A stretch of 63,942 bases of DNA, counting the filler, from Reticulomyxa filosa (Eukaryota > Protista > Foraminifera), in NCBI GenBank assembly GCA_000512085.1. It is 27 parts of 27 records of this genome, joined end to end, with 100 filler letters (N's around TTAATTAATTAA, not from the genome) between each part and the next. Parts side by side here need not be neighbours in the genome. Positions count along the whole stretch, not along the records: positions 50,477 to 52,121 come from ASPP01000569.1; positions 52,222 to 53,221 come from ASPP01047873.1; positions 53,322 to 54,913 come from ASPP01020737.1; positions 55,014 to 56,924 come from ASPP01033394.1; positions 57,025 to 58,563 come from ASPP01005275.1; positions 58,664 to 60,608 come from ASPP01047478.1; positions 60,709 to 62,315 come from ASPP01033584.1; positions 62,416 to 63,942 come from ASPP01008485.1; 19 more parts are not named here. One strand, given 5' to 3'. This document shows positions 50,680 to 62,785 of this stretch, piece by piece. The notes beneath the pieces are model-generated. The model did not search any database. It was not told where the DNA came from and saw nothing but the letters and a program-made list of their open reading frames with translations. The first letter of the stretch is position 1, and every line of letters begins with the position of its first letter. The position numbers and the translations under genes were made by a program.

Positions 50680-52077
50680 GTTTAAAGAACTGTGTCATTG
50701 AGTAAAAATTTTAATAATAGTAAAAATCTATTATTAAAAAGATGATGTGTTGTGGGAATGTTGGTAACTTGAAGAGTTATCAATATTTCCACAACATAAA
50801 ATAAAAACTCAATGAAGGTAAAAATATGAAGAACAAACTAGAATTACCAAACGACCAACAAATAGTTAAAGAAATAATACAAGCATTATACGAGAAGAAA
50901 CCACTGTCTGGGCCAGATGGAGCGATAACGAAGCTAATTAAGCATTCAATGGAATTGGCGCTTGATGGAGAGATAGAAGCTCATATGTTGGATAATAAGC
51001 TTGAAGAAGCTGGTAATCGCAGGAATGGGAAAACAACAAAAACCATAAAGTCAAAATATGGAACTTTTGAATTAGAAACCCCACGAGACAGAGACGGTAG
51101 CTTTGAACCACAGTTAATTAAGAAACGGCAAACCACTATAAGTGATGAGATTGATAGCAAGATATTATCCCTTTATGGCCTTGGTACCAGTTACAATGAT
51201 ATAATAGCGCATATAAATGATATGTATGGTTTATCAGTCTCAGGTTCAACAATTTCAGCAATCACCGATAAATTATTGCCGGAAATATTAGAATGGCGAA
51301 ACAGGCCTCTGGATAAGGTGTACCCGATTATCTTTTTAGATGCCATGTTCTTTAAAGCCAGAGAAGAAGGCAGAGTAGGTACCAAGGTTATGTATAATAT
51401 AATGGGCATCAATCTTGAAGGTAGAAAAGAAATATTGGGTTTTTATTTTTGTGAAAGCGAGAGTGCAAGTTTTTGGCTTGGAGTGTTAAATGATCTCAAA
51501 GCCAGAGGAGTTGAGGATATACTTATTGCATGTATTGATGGGTTGAAAGGTTTCCCTGAAGCGATTAATACTGCTTATCCTAAGTGTGAGATACAGCTTT
51601 GTATAATTCATCAAATTCGCAATTCTCTCAAGCTTGTAGCTAGCAAGGATCAAAAGAAATTTATGGCTGATTTGAAAGAAGTTTATCGTGCTTCTTCCAG
51701 GGAAACCGCTGAAGCAAAGCTTTTTGGACTAGCTGATAAATGGGCTAAATATCACGCTGCTATAAAACCCTGGGTTAACAATTGGACTCAGCTTAGTACC
51801 TATTTTAAGTATTCTGAACAAATAAGAAAATTAATCTACACTACGAACATAGTTGAGGGCTTTCATAGACAAATACGCAAATTAACAAAAACCAAGGCCG
51901 CTTTTGTTAATGAAAATGCCTTGAATAAACTAGTTATTGTATAAATTAATAGGTTGTCAGATAAATGGTGTCAGCCTGTCCACAACTGGGCAGTTGCCAT
52001 ATCAGAATTAGATATCCATTTTCCTAATAGGCTGGGTATCTAAAAATGCTTAGTGATACACTTCAGAAAACACCCTC
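50680..52077 (+). mobile_element. Bacterial IS256-family insertion sequence
   Basis: Imperfect TIRs: left GTTTAAAGAACTGTGTCATTGAG versus right reverse complement GAGGGT-GTTTTCTGAAGTGTATCACTAAG (16/23 by eye). They flank a DDE Mutator-type transposase. Confidence 0.9.
50826..52043 (+). CDS. IS256-family transposase (apparent TAA at 51942-51944; same frame continues to 52043)
   Basis: 'NRRNG', 'TPRDRDGSFEP', 'YPIIFLDA', 'DGLKGFPEAI', 'QLCIIH' and 'IYTTNIVEGFHRQIRK'. The C-terminus 'SDKWCQPVHNW...FPNRL' lies after the stop. Intronless. Confidence 0.93.
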
Positions 52078-52541
52078 GTTTCGAAAGAAGTCTATTATGT
52101 TCTCTGCTATCTTTTTCTGGCNNNNNNNNNNNNNNNNNNNNNNNNNNNNNNNNNNNNNNNNNNNNTTAATTAATTAANNNNNNNNNNNNNNNNNNNNNNN
52201 NNNNNNNNNNNNNNNNNNNNNAAGACAAGTTTGTTAAAATCATTAATCCATCCTAATTTAATATTTTTAATATTAAAAATGTAAATCCAATTTTGTTGTT
52301 TGTTTTTTTTTAAAAAAATCTCATTAGAAAATATAGTTGTGTTTAAATTATAGCAGTAAAGTAAAAGAAATAATCACTTACTAGCTGTGGTGTTATGCTC
52401 TTTTTATCATTAATAATAGCAAAATTCGTCACTTCATCATCATATCTAAGGGAAAATTTTTTTTAAAAAAAACTCAATTAGAACTTTTGAAATTATTTAT
52501 AAAAAGTTTTTTTAAATCCAAAAATGAAGCATTCTTCAATA

Positions 52542-53221
52542 TTATTTATCCAATTTTTTTACCTTTTCTTTTGCTCGTAAGGTTGCTCCATCCCATTCTC
52601 CTAACATTATATTTCTAACTTTCCATAATTCTTCACAATATTCACACGCCTTTTTATCATTTTCTAATTTTGAAAATATATATTCCAATTTCCAAAGTAA
52701 ATCAATATTATCTTTATTTGCATATCCAAATATTTTCTTTCTTATTTTCCATGCATTTTCATACCATTCACTTGCTTTAAAATAAGATTCTTTTTTTTGA
52801 TAAATTTTTCCTAAATTTGTATATGAAATTGCTATCTCAATATGATTATCTCCAAATGTATTACATTTTATTTTTAATGTATTTTCATGATATTCAATTG
52901 ATTTATCATATTGTTTTGCATCATCATAATTATATGCAATATTTTCATATAAATGTGCAAGAAAATTACAATTATTTCCAAATATATTAATTATAATTGG
53001 TAATGCTTTTTTATAAAATTCAATTGCTTGTTCATATTGTTGTTTATAATTATAAATAGTACCAATCATATTATAAATAATAGCAATATAATGATGATTT
53101 AAATCAAAAATATTAATTACAATTTGTAAATATGTTTGTAAATGTATAATACATTCATCATATAATTTTTTTGTTATATATTCATCTATTTTATTTTCAA
53201 AATCTTGAAATTGTATTGGAA
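52542..53221 (-). CDS. TPR-repeat protein, C-terminal fragment (kinesin-light-chain-like 42-aa TPRs)
   Basis: Repeats such as 'IAISYTNLGKIY...YFKASEWYENAWKIRKKIFG'. Confidence 0.8.
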
Positions 53222-53321
53222 NNNNNNNNNNNNNNNNNNNNNNNNNNNNNNNNNNNNNNNNNNNNTTAATTAATTAANNNNNNNNNNNNNNNNNNNNNNN
53301 NNNNNNNNNNNNNNNNNNNNN

Positions 53322-54913
53322 AACATTAGTATTAGTATTAGTATTAGTATTAGTATTAGCATTAGCATTAGCATTAGAATTAGTATTAACATTAGCAACC
53401 ATGTTTTGCCTCGCATATGAATTGGAATACGTGTATTTGGTGCCATGCCTTTGATCACGACCCAAGTCAAGAAAATCTTCCCACGGCGATTCATCGTCTT
53501 CATTATCCACCACACAGCAAAACGGAGAGGCTCCAACCTTTTGGCGGTACAGCTTCATGAAGCTTCGAATGCTGTAGCGATAGTCCTCAAAAGGGGGAAG
53601 CTGAGCAGCTTGGCGCTTCGTCTGAATCTGCTGACAGCTCAAAGGGGAAAAGTCCGGAGATGCGTAGGATACGCGATTTGGATTGTGTTCAAAGAAGTTC
53701 ATCAAGTCTGTATTCAAATAGGTGAGCAGTACGCAATGCCACCATTTGTGATACGTATTCTGCGCTATGTCATTGCCACTGTCATCATAGTCATCATCAT
53801 CGCCATTATTATTATTATTAATATCATTATTATTATTATTATTATTTTATTATTATTATTATTATTATAGTCATTATTATCATTGCCATCATCGTTGCTA
53901 TTGCCAAAGAGATTGTCATTGTGAGTACTGTGGTGTGTCCATTGGCGCTGCAAATAAGGCAAGTATTGCACGCCCAGCATTTTGACGAGGTCGTGGAAGG
54001 CATTGAACGTGATCCAAAACAAGTCGAAGCAATGTGGCATCCCTTCGACCAGATATTCTCGCGTGGCGTCCAAGAGAGGGTCATCTTGTTGAAAGTGTCG
54101 AACAAAGTGAGCGCGATGTTCGACACAGAACGTGTCATTCAAATAAGTGTGTGGATTGGATGCATCCCACGTGACTGTCCTTTTCAACCACTCACCTACG
54201 GTCAAATGCGTAATGGTTGTTGCATTTGTATTTGTATTTGTATTTGTATTTATACTTTCATTTATATTTATATTTATATTTTCATTTTCATTTTCATCTT
54301 CAGTTATATTTACTTGAAACTTTTCCTTCTTGGATGTAGACTCTTGACTATCACCGTATAAACTGAGCACACTCAGAATGTCCAAGTTCGGTACGTAAGG
54401 CTTCAACAGAAACGTGCGCACGTGGCAATCCCAAAAATGGATCTCCTTGACTTTGGCGATGCGATTGACCTCCTCGTAATACACATGACGACGCATGTGT
54501 GCGAGACAATACTTGACGTATTCGCAAATGTGCTCCACGTCACTTTCCACGTCGACGCAGTCCAAAAATGGCAAGTACCTCTGGAGCCACGGCAGGTGCT
54601 TTTCCCACCACTTCACCTTGTCGTTGCCGAACGTGCACAAGCGCAGCAACACCAAGTGGTAGTTTTGCAGCATGCGCAGTGACTTGGGCGGCAGCTGGGA
54701 TAAGTCATGCCATTGCAACGCCGTCACAAGCTGTGTGCATTCGCTGGCACTGGGGAACAGAGTTTCGAAAAACTCAATGACGTAAATGCACATCCACTTG
54801 TCTTCTTTCTTCCCAACCACATGTTCGTCTATCCATCTTACCAAAGAGTCATGCCAAAGGGGTAGTAAATATTGATGTGTCGCGACATTATTGTTACTAT
54901 TGCTGTTGTTGTT
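53322..54913 (-). CDS. Hypothetical protein, internal fragment
   Basis: ORFs 53765..54844 and 53274..53717 join if one base is removed in the AAT microsatellite near 53847. Codon usage is coding-like; no family recognised. Confidence 0.6.
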
Positions 54914-57773
54914 NNNNNNNNNNNNNNNNNNNNNNNNNNNNNNNNNNNNNNNNNNNNTTAATTAATTAANNNNNNNNNNNNNNNNNNNNNNNNNNNNNNN
55001 NNNNNNNNNNNNNTCATAGCAAGAGGAGAGAAATTTGTTCATCTTTGTTACTACAAAGTTAGTACATTTCTTTTTTGTGTAGAAGAAAACATGTTTGGAA
55101 CGGTTCAAAGCTGGATGTTAACAAATTGACGAACATTCAGTAAAATACGTTCCGAAAATAAAGGTCAACACCAGAAAGAAAATATTTTTTTTTGTATCAT
55201 TTTTTTTTCTGTTATAACCTACATTAAAATATTTTAAAATATGTAATTGTAGAAAATGATGTGTATTTTTTTTAGAATTGCGCATTCGCGAAGCGGTTAA
55301 AGGGTGACAGATCTGCAATCGTAATTAAATTTAGAATTTTTTCTTTTATTTGTAACAAGAAATTGTTTTTTAACTTTTATCAAGTATTGATATTATTTTA
55401 ATAAAAATTTCAACCAAAAACTAATGCAATATGAAGTAGAGCTCACAAAAAGTTGCTACTGAATCAACACATTCTTGATAAAATTTGTATCAAAGGATAA
55501 TATCCTTCAAATAAGAGCTAAACATTTTGTTTCAAGAATTAGCTTATTATTGTCGTCATTGCATTACTTTGCGAAAAAGTGTCTTACGTTTTGCACTTTT
55601 TAACTTTTTTAAATCGTAAACCATTTTCCACTTGTTAAATGCTATGAGACTAATTACTCAAACATTGACTTTCAATAACAACTGGTCTTCTAGATTCATT
55701 GTATTAGTAAATTCGCTTATGTTTTAAAGTAATTATTATTTATTTTATGAAAAAATTGCAAATACTAGAATCTTTGATTATTTAAAAAAGATTTTGTGAG
55801 TGAACTTAGATAAGCTCCTTGATAAAAGAAAGGAAAAGATGAACTCCTTTACAAAACGCTTTTAAATGTATAAGCAAATCCTGCATTGACTAAACAAAAT
55901 GCAAAATATACAAGAGTTGGCAAGATTTGTTGTGCTTTTTGATTTGAAAGAATTGAAAGAAATTATCAGGAATAAGCTGAACGTAGAAATAGAAAAGGCC
56001 AAACGAGCGAACGCAATATCAACTCTTTTTTAGTACAAAATAAGATTTGTGACACATATTTGCGTATGATCTCATTTAATGAAATTTTACCAACAACTGT
56101 GCCATTTCACATTCTTTCTTTTTTGAATAATGATTCTTTGCTAATTTATTTATTTTATCCAATGATGGGGGCAAACCATGGATATTTATTATTCATTATC
56201 TTCATCTGCTAAAGATTTACAATTTAAAGAAACGCCATATTCCACACAATGTCGTCAAATGATATCGATTGATGATAAATCCTACCTTTTGAATAAGCGT
56301 GTCTGAATTAATGCAAAAAGATTTGTAAACTATACATCTGACTGCTCAATCTTTTGCACCAAAGACGATAGCTTAGACGAGCATAGTATTTTGGCATTAT
56401 GTTTTTTGAATGAATGCTCATCTTTTCAAAACAGTTTTCTTTATAACAATTACAAAAAAAAATTCGGGTCTATTTCATAAGCGACTGAAAGAACTCAGAA
56501 AAAGATTTGCGTAAATACATACTTGCCTTGGGTCAAGTAGATTACAAAACTGCAAAATGTAAGCATAAAAAGCAGGAATTTAATTGTACAATTGTAATAT
56601 TTCTATTATTACATTTTGTGTCTACTAGAATGGTTGGAGTCTTTGTACTGCACTTCTGACAATTTTCGATAGTTTCACAAAATTTGAGATAAAAGTAAAT
56701 GTAGAACAATTCACACTTATTGTACGCAAGGATGGAGAAAAGAAAACAAAAAAAAGTAAAAAGCAATGATGTGTGGGATGATAGCAATAATCCTGCAAGT
56801 GATTATTACGATGACAATGCTTCTACTATTAATGAATTTACACATATTTGTTAAGAAGGAGTATCAGCAATGAGTAATGCTACACAATATATTGTGTCGA
56901 TTTTACAAATGAAATAGAGTTAAANNNNNNNNNNNNNNNNNNNNNNNNNNNNNNNNNNNNNNNNNNNNTTAATTAATTAANNNNNNNNNNNNNNNNNNNN
57001 NNNNNNNNNNNNNNNNNNNNNNNNGTCATGTAAATCAAATTACCAAAAAAAAGTCTTAATTGCCAACAAGAAATATCTATTCCTTTTGTAGTATTGTAAT
57101 AAACAACTAAACACTAAACTAAATAACGTGAAATGGGTATAAGTTTTTTTCTTCATGATCTACCTTTCTTTTTGTTTTTCCATTACATTTTGGATAACTC
57201 CAGGCTAAAAAACCAACTTATAACAAAAACTAATTAGTTTCAAATATTTGCAATATTTGAAGCTGTTCAATTACATTGCATTGCTTTGCAGAAATACCCT
57301 TAGGAATTTACAACAACTGCCAATTACACTAATGACAAACAGAACAATTCTTTGATAAACACTCAAAAATTTTATAGTATTAAATTGGCTAAAATGAGTT
57401 ATAATTTGTAAATGAATTAATTCATTTGTTTCTATTATTTGACTTTATTATAAAAGCAGTTAAATAATTTTTCTCAATATTTAACTTATTCAAGTTACAG
57501 ATATCGCAAATCTCTTTTAATTTTCCTATTTCTCTTAAAGAGAGTGATCTCCAGTCGCTACAATTGTACTGTCTCTTAGGTTCGCAAAATCGGATGGCCA
57601 TCAATTGTGTTTTTGATGTCGGTTAATACAAACCTCATGTTTTTGAAGGAAGCTTAAAAGCTTGTCACCAAACAGAGATTGGAAATAAGTGTATTTTGAT
57701 ACGTTGAAAATATTGAGTAAATCAGAACGAGAAGTGGCAGAAACAGATTGCAAAGTCTCACTCACTTCCATAA

Positions 57774-57912
57774 TGTAAGAGCATTTGTTAGGAACTTGAT
57801 AGAGAAAAGAAAAAGGCACTGGTGAGTGAAAAGTATTAGGAAGAGTTTAACCCACCGGGAGCTCGTCAACCCCTTTAACGGTTCTGTCTGTATAGTAGGA
57901 GCTTCTCCTACA
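57774..57912 (-). mobile_element. Solo-LTR-like repeat, copy C
   Basis: GAGTTTAACCCACCGGGAGCTC...CTTCTCCTACA aligns to the reverse complement of copy A (AGTTTAACCCAACGAGAGCTC...CTTGTCCTACA). Confidence 0.55.
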
Positions 57913-59509
57913 CACTGATTTTTCCTTGTTCATATTCAAGATAAAAATATGCAAATATTGTTTTGTATTCCAATCTTGCCATTATTCACTTGGTATCCAT
58001 GAGGTTCAAAATTTTGAACATCAACAATAGCTTCTGTTTCCAAAAAATTGTTTAGCAATTGAAAATAGAAAATGCAATAACAAAGATAACAAAAAAGATA
58101 AATATGTTTATTTTTTAAAACAAAATCAATTGACAGTGCGAAAAGAAAAAATTAAGTGAAGTTTTTTTTTTTGGAGTTAAAGGGTTTTGTAAAAAAAGAC
58201 TTTACTGTCTTTGTTTCTGTTTTGTGTTGTTTTTTGTAAAAGCAAAAAAGAATGTCGTTATTGCTCGTACTCTATTTTTCGTTGGTATTTCAATCATGCC
58301 TTGGAAGTAATTTTTTTTTTTTTTTTTAGACTCTAGTACTCTAGTTTTTGTATATACGTGACCACAAATTCGGTGTTGGGGGGGTTTGCAAAAAAAAAAA
58401 AAAAAAAAAAGATGGACATGACTATAACGAACTAAGCAGTTAAGTAAAAACTAACTACGTTGTTTGATAGAATAAATGACGATAAAATTGTGTATTGATT
58501 GAATATTTTTTTTTGTTTATTTTTTAGGAAACGGTTTTGATGATGTAAGTAAGAAATTGGATGNNNNNNNNNNNNNNNNNNNNNNNNNNNNNNNNNNNNN
58601 NNNNNNNTTAATTAATTAANNNNNNNNNNNNNNNNNNNNNNNNNNNNNNNNNNNNNNNNNNNNTATTTTTCTCGTAGTCATGAAATTTGCCAATCTTTTT
58701 TTAAACAATTTTTAAGATTTGCCTTTTTTTTTTTAGGTGCTCGATATTGACTTTTGTCATTTTGATTATTTTGTTGCCAAAATATCGATTAACAACTATT
58801 AGATGAAAATTCCATAACAAAACAAAATTTGGTTGTGGAAACATTTTAGTCTGGTCATGTTTTGGAGCATTATGACAAAATATTTATAATAGAAAACGAA
58901 TAAATATAAAAACAAACAAAAGCATGAATATAATTTCGAAATTGGAAATTGTATTATTTTTTGTGGGAGATCAAAGAATTAGTAATAAAGCAAGTTAATG
59001 CCAAAATGTCGGACATTATGTTGTCATTCAGCGCAATAGTCCAGTAAATTTTAAAATAAAAAGTAACAACGGAATTGAAAAATTTTGCATATATCAAAGC
59101 TGAAGAAAATAAATTCTCAACAGGAGCAAAAAGAACAACAACCATTTTTATTGGATTACTGGACAAAATGCCACCTTCATTAGAACCATCTGGTAAATCA
59201 CCACCTTAATTGAAGCCGATAGACACTTCCGAAGATATTGAAATCTTTGAACTGCAAGTGTCGAAAGCCAAGTAGGGACACAATCAAAGAAAAGATCTCA
59301 AATAACAATTAAGTTATTTATTAAATATATTTTTAAGATATACATTTAGATATGTACTTGTTATTTTGTATCCTTTCTTTGAAAAAAAGCAAATCATTTT
59401 GTTTGAGTTCACAAGGAAAGGCATATTGAGTGTTTTGATTGTTCCACTTCAGTTTTTTTTGTTTTTTGTCTAACTATTAACTACAAAAAAACTGCGTGAA
59501 CTTAACAAG

Positions 59510-59683
59510 TGTAGGACAAGTCCCTATTATGAGGAATCCCCAGTAGGTTAAACTTCCTCAACAAACTACTTCTTATTTTATTGCTTTTCTTTACTTTTCT
59601 TTAGTTATCTTGTTTTATTAATTAAATTTCTTTCGTTTTACGAAATCCTTATTCTCTTCTTAGTAAACACCTCTCGTATTACA
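59510..59683 (+). mobile_element. Solo-LTR-like repeat, copy D (both TGTA...TACA ends visible)
   Basis: Starts TGTAGGACAAGTCCCTATTA and ends CTCTCGTATTACA. Has an internal deletion relative to copy A. Confidence 0.6.
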
Positions 59684-60457
59684 GTTAGTGTACCAACACT
59701 ATCAGCAGACATCCCACACAAGACTAAAAAAAAATCTGGTAAAGACAATTAATATTGCAACCCTTTTAAAATGTTTGGTAATACTGCTCAAGGTATTGTC
59801 TATCATCAACAATGAAAAACCACTTTTAGAACTCAATCAGTCTCATTTTTATTTGATTTATTCATTGTTTGTTTTTGTTATTCTATACAGTTATTTATTT
59901 AAAATAAAAAAATAAAATCAATAAATTAGGATGAATTGCAAAATATAAAAACAAAAACTATTTATATGGAGTAAAAATTGGTTTAATGATAATTCAAAAA
60001 TTATTTTAAAAATCATGTTTAGTTGGATATTTTTCATTATTATTTATTTCAAATACATTCTTGATCAATTAACAGCATTCCGCTTTACACTAAGAATACA
60101 TTGTTACCTTTGATGAGATTATTCTAAAATAAATAATAAAACAGAAGTGTTTATTCGCAATATGCTAGGTCTAACTAGAAATTAAACATACCAATATCAA
60201 CACGAGAATCACGTAATGTTTGCAATCTAGCACAAAATAGAAAATAAAACAGCTCAATTGTTTCATTGATCTTTGAAATGGTCTAATTTTATCAGCAAAG
60301 AAACGTGATCGATTAGCTCTTTTATTCAATTATGTGCAATTTTTTTGTCATTAACCAAATAAAAAATATCAATGTAATACTTTTTTGTTTCTTAAAAGGG
60401 GTCACATCCCCTTTTTTAGAAAAAGCAAACTTAAAAAACTTCAGCAACATTAACAAT

Positions 60458-60608
60458 ATGAGTAATCGAACTACAACACAAAAATCTTTTGAAAGAGAAA
60501 CTGAACAAGCCAAACAAAGTCAACAGCTTATTACTAACTTTCAAACTTTGAAGGCGCTGCCCATTATACTAAGAGATTCTCAATGTGTGCTACACAAACA
60601 CGAACTCC
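60458..60608 (+). CDS. N-terminus of an expanded kelch-like family protein (truncated)
   Basis: 'FQTLKALPIILRDSQCVLHKHEL' is the start of a kelch blade, the same family as 37015..37269. Confidence 0.6.
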
Positions 60609-60899
60609 NNNNNNNNNNNNNNNNNNNNNNNNNNNNNNNNNNNNNNNNNNNNTTAATTAATTAANNNNNNNNNNNNNNNNNNNNNNNNNNNNNNNNNNNN
60701 NNNNNNNNAAAAAAAAAAAATAAAATAAAATGTTTCACTGAAAATATATGACACAAAACAACATACATTCTTATCAATCTTCATTCTTCACTTCCAATTG
60801 GCTTTCTATCTTCTTTTTGTTTTCTATGCCGCTTTTTCTCCGTTGTCTTGATGTTGTGATTGCACAATGTGTATAATTGCAAGAAATGTTTTCTGTGGA

Positions 60900-62315
60900 T
60901 TGTGCATCCACTTGAATACTTCCCACATTCTCTAAAAATACAATCACATTTTACATCATCACAACTCCATCTTTTCGTTCTTATCTTAAGTTATATCGAT
61001 TGTATGGATTGACTTATAAGTTTACCACGAAGCAATCCGCTTTTGAGATGTAATTGCGATATGTATGAAGAGAGAGAGACGACTGCGTTCTGTCGATAGA
61101 CATGGATTCACATTGTCCCACTCCATCTTCTAATGTGATCGACGATGTAACTGTGGCTTGTCTCCTGAGATATCAATCGGCCAATTTGTTAAGCAGTTCC
61201 CAAAATTGCTTAGCATAATTCGATTCATTTGTTTGTCAGACGTTCCCACATGCAGTTGTATTTAAATCGTTTTCTAAACATATGCCTTTATCCAACGGCA
61301 ACATTGGCGAATTGGAAGCAGTGTTATAATAAATTGGTCGATCACATATCAGTGTTTGATTACTTGTGGCAATGTGAATTTGGAAAGGGGGTATAGCTCT
61401 ATTGTTGGATGTACTCAAGTGTACTAATACCCCATCTGTTGTCGAGGATAAAGCAAAGTGTTCAATGATTGCACAACAGCCAAGATTCAATCTGCAATGG
61501 GATATGAAAAGTTGATCATCAAAGATGAGTCGCTTGTGGATACGGTAATGGTGAAAGTAGTGGAATTATACGTATCATATGCTGACGATGCTTTTGCACA
61601 AGTTGTTGATAGGCTCTAAACCTTTTCACTTCAATCAATATTCCACCTTGGACAAACATTTCTTGAATTTCTGTTCAAATATACGGAAACAGAAGAAGAA
61701 GAGCCAGATAATAATGTACCACTTGGAGACGATTGTTGGGGGAAGATGTGTTCACTCTGGTGAATGCTTGTCTATCATTTACTTGTAACTGGTATATAGA
61801 CACATTTAACTTTTTCCGTACATATCAGTGATAACTGCGACCATCTCTGTTGCGCCAAGTAGACAAACTTTGATTGATATACGATTTTGTGAGTCGGTCA
61901 TTGGCCATTGATTATCATTATGATTGTTCCTGGCCATTTTTGCCAATACATGGTAAAGATTGTGTTCCATGATATTTTCTTTTTTGATAACGAGATTGAA
62001 CACGTGGATTTGATTTTGTGTCATTACCTGGAGAATTGTTTGCTTATTTCAAATGTAATCGATTTGCTTCCCAAATGTGACAACAATTGTCCACTCGTGT
62101 CTCTCAATAAAAAACATCTTGGATGCAACGTTCAACTTGTAAATATATCCAGACGCTGTGACAATTGAAATCACGGGTCAACAGATATCGATAGTATATT
62201 CGTTTGATTGCGTGTAACCTTTTCGTATACGTATTGACATTGATTGCACCTAGTCGGACTGATATTCGAAAATATATAAAGCCAAACCTTTTGCACAATG
62301 TCGTATAATTGGCAA
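60900..62315 (-). pseudogene. Degraded gene, family unknown
   Basis: Higher-complexity sequence with protein-like minus-strand fragments ('CQLYDIVQKVWLYIFSNISPTRCNQC', 'AYDTYNSTTFTITVSTSDSS'), broken by many stops. Confidence 0.35.
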
Positions 62316-62415
62316 NNNNNNNNNNNNNNNNNNNNNNNNNNNNNNNNNNNNNNNNNNNNTTAATTAATTAANNNNNNNNNNNNNNNNNNNNNNNNNNNNN
62401 NNNNNNNNNNNNNNN

Positions 62416-62456
<41 letters not shown>

Positions 62457-62748
62457 AAATAGTGCAACAGAAAAAGAAAATGAAAAGATTCCATTGACAA
62501 TAGAATTGGAACGTAGTGACGAAGAAGGGCAAATGAGAAAGCAATACAAAATGAAGATAAATATAAACAACAGCAAAGAGTATCTATTCGATAATTGGTA
62601 CGTTCGGAATGTAGTATTGAAGTCAGAGTCGAAAGAAACAAAAACGAAAATACCCCCGCGATTGCTGTTGAGCATCTCCGCGCACTTTCCATTTCCCAAA
62701 GTTGTCGTTGACAAAAAACAAAGAAGCATGTCTTCACTCTCGCCCTTG

Positions 62749-62785
<37 letters not shown>

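Noticed and set aside
55014-56924. Patches of coding-like sequence, also at 19810-20760, 38280-38940 and 58940-59280
   Set aside because: Too degraded to assign a strand or family by eye. Probably pseudogene debris.
61500-61740. 'YVSYADDAFAQ' on the + strand, resembling an RT YADD motif (Penelope-like)
   Set aside because: No convincing upstream RT motifs, and the minus strand reads more protein-like here ('KASSAYDTY'). Probably coincidental.
3548-62415. Regularly recurring TTAATTAATTAA flanked by Ns, resembling a repeat array or CRISPR
   Set aside because: It is a fixed 100-bp assembly linker with six-frame stops, not biological. Genes on different contigs cannot be read as an operon or cluster.
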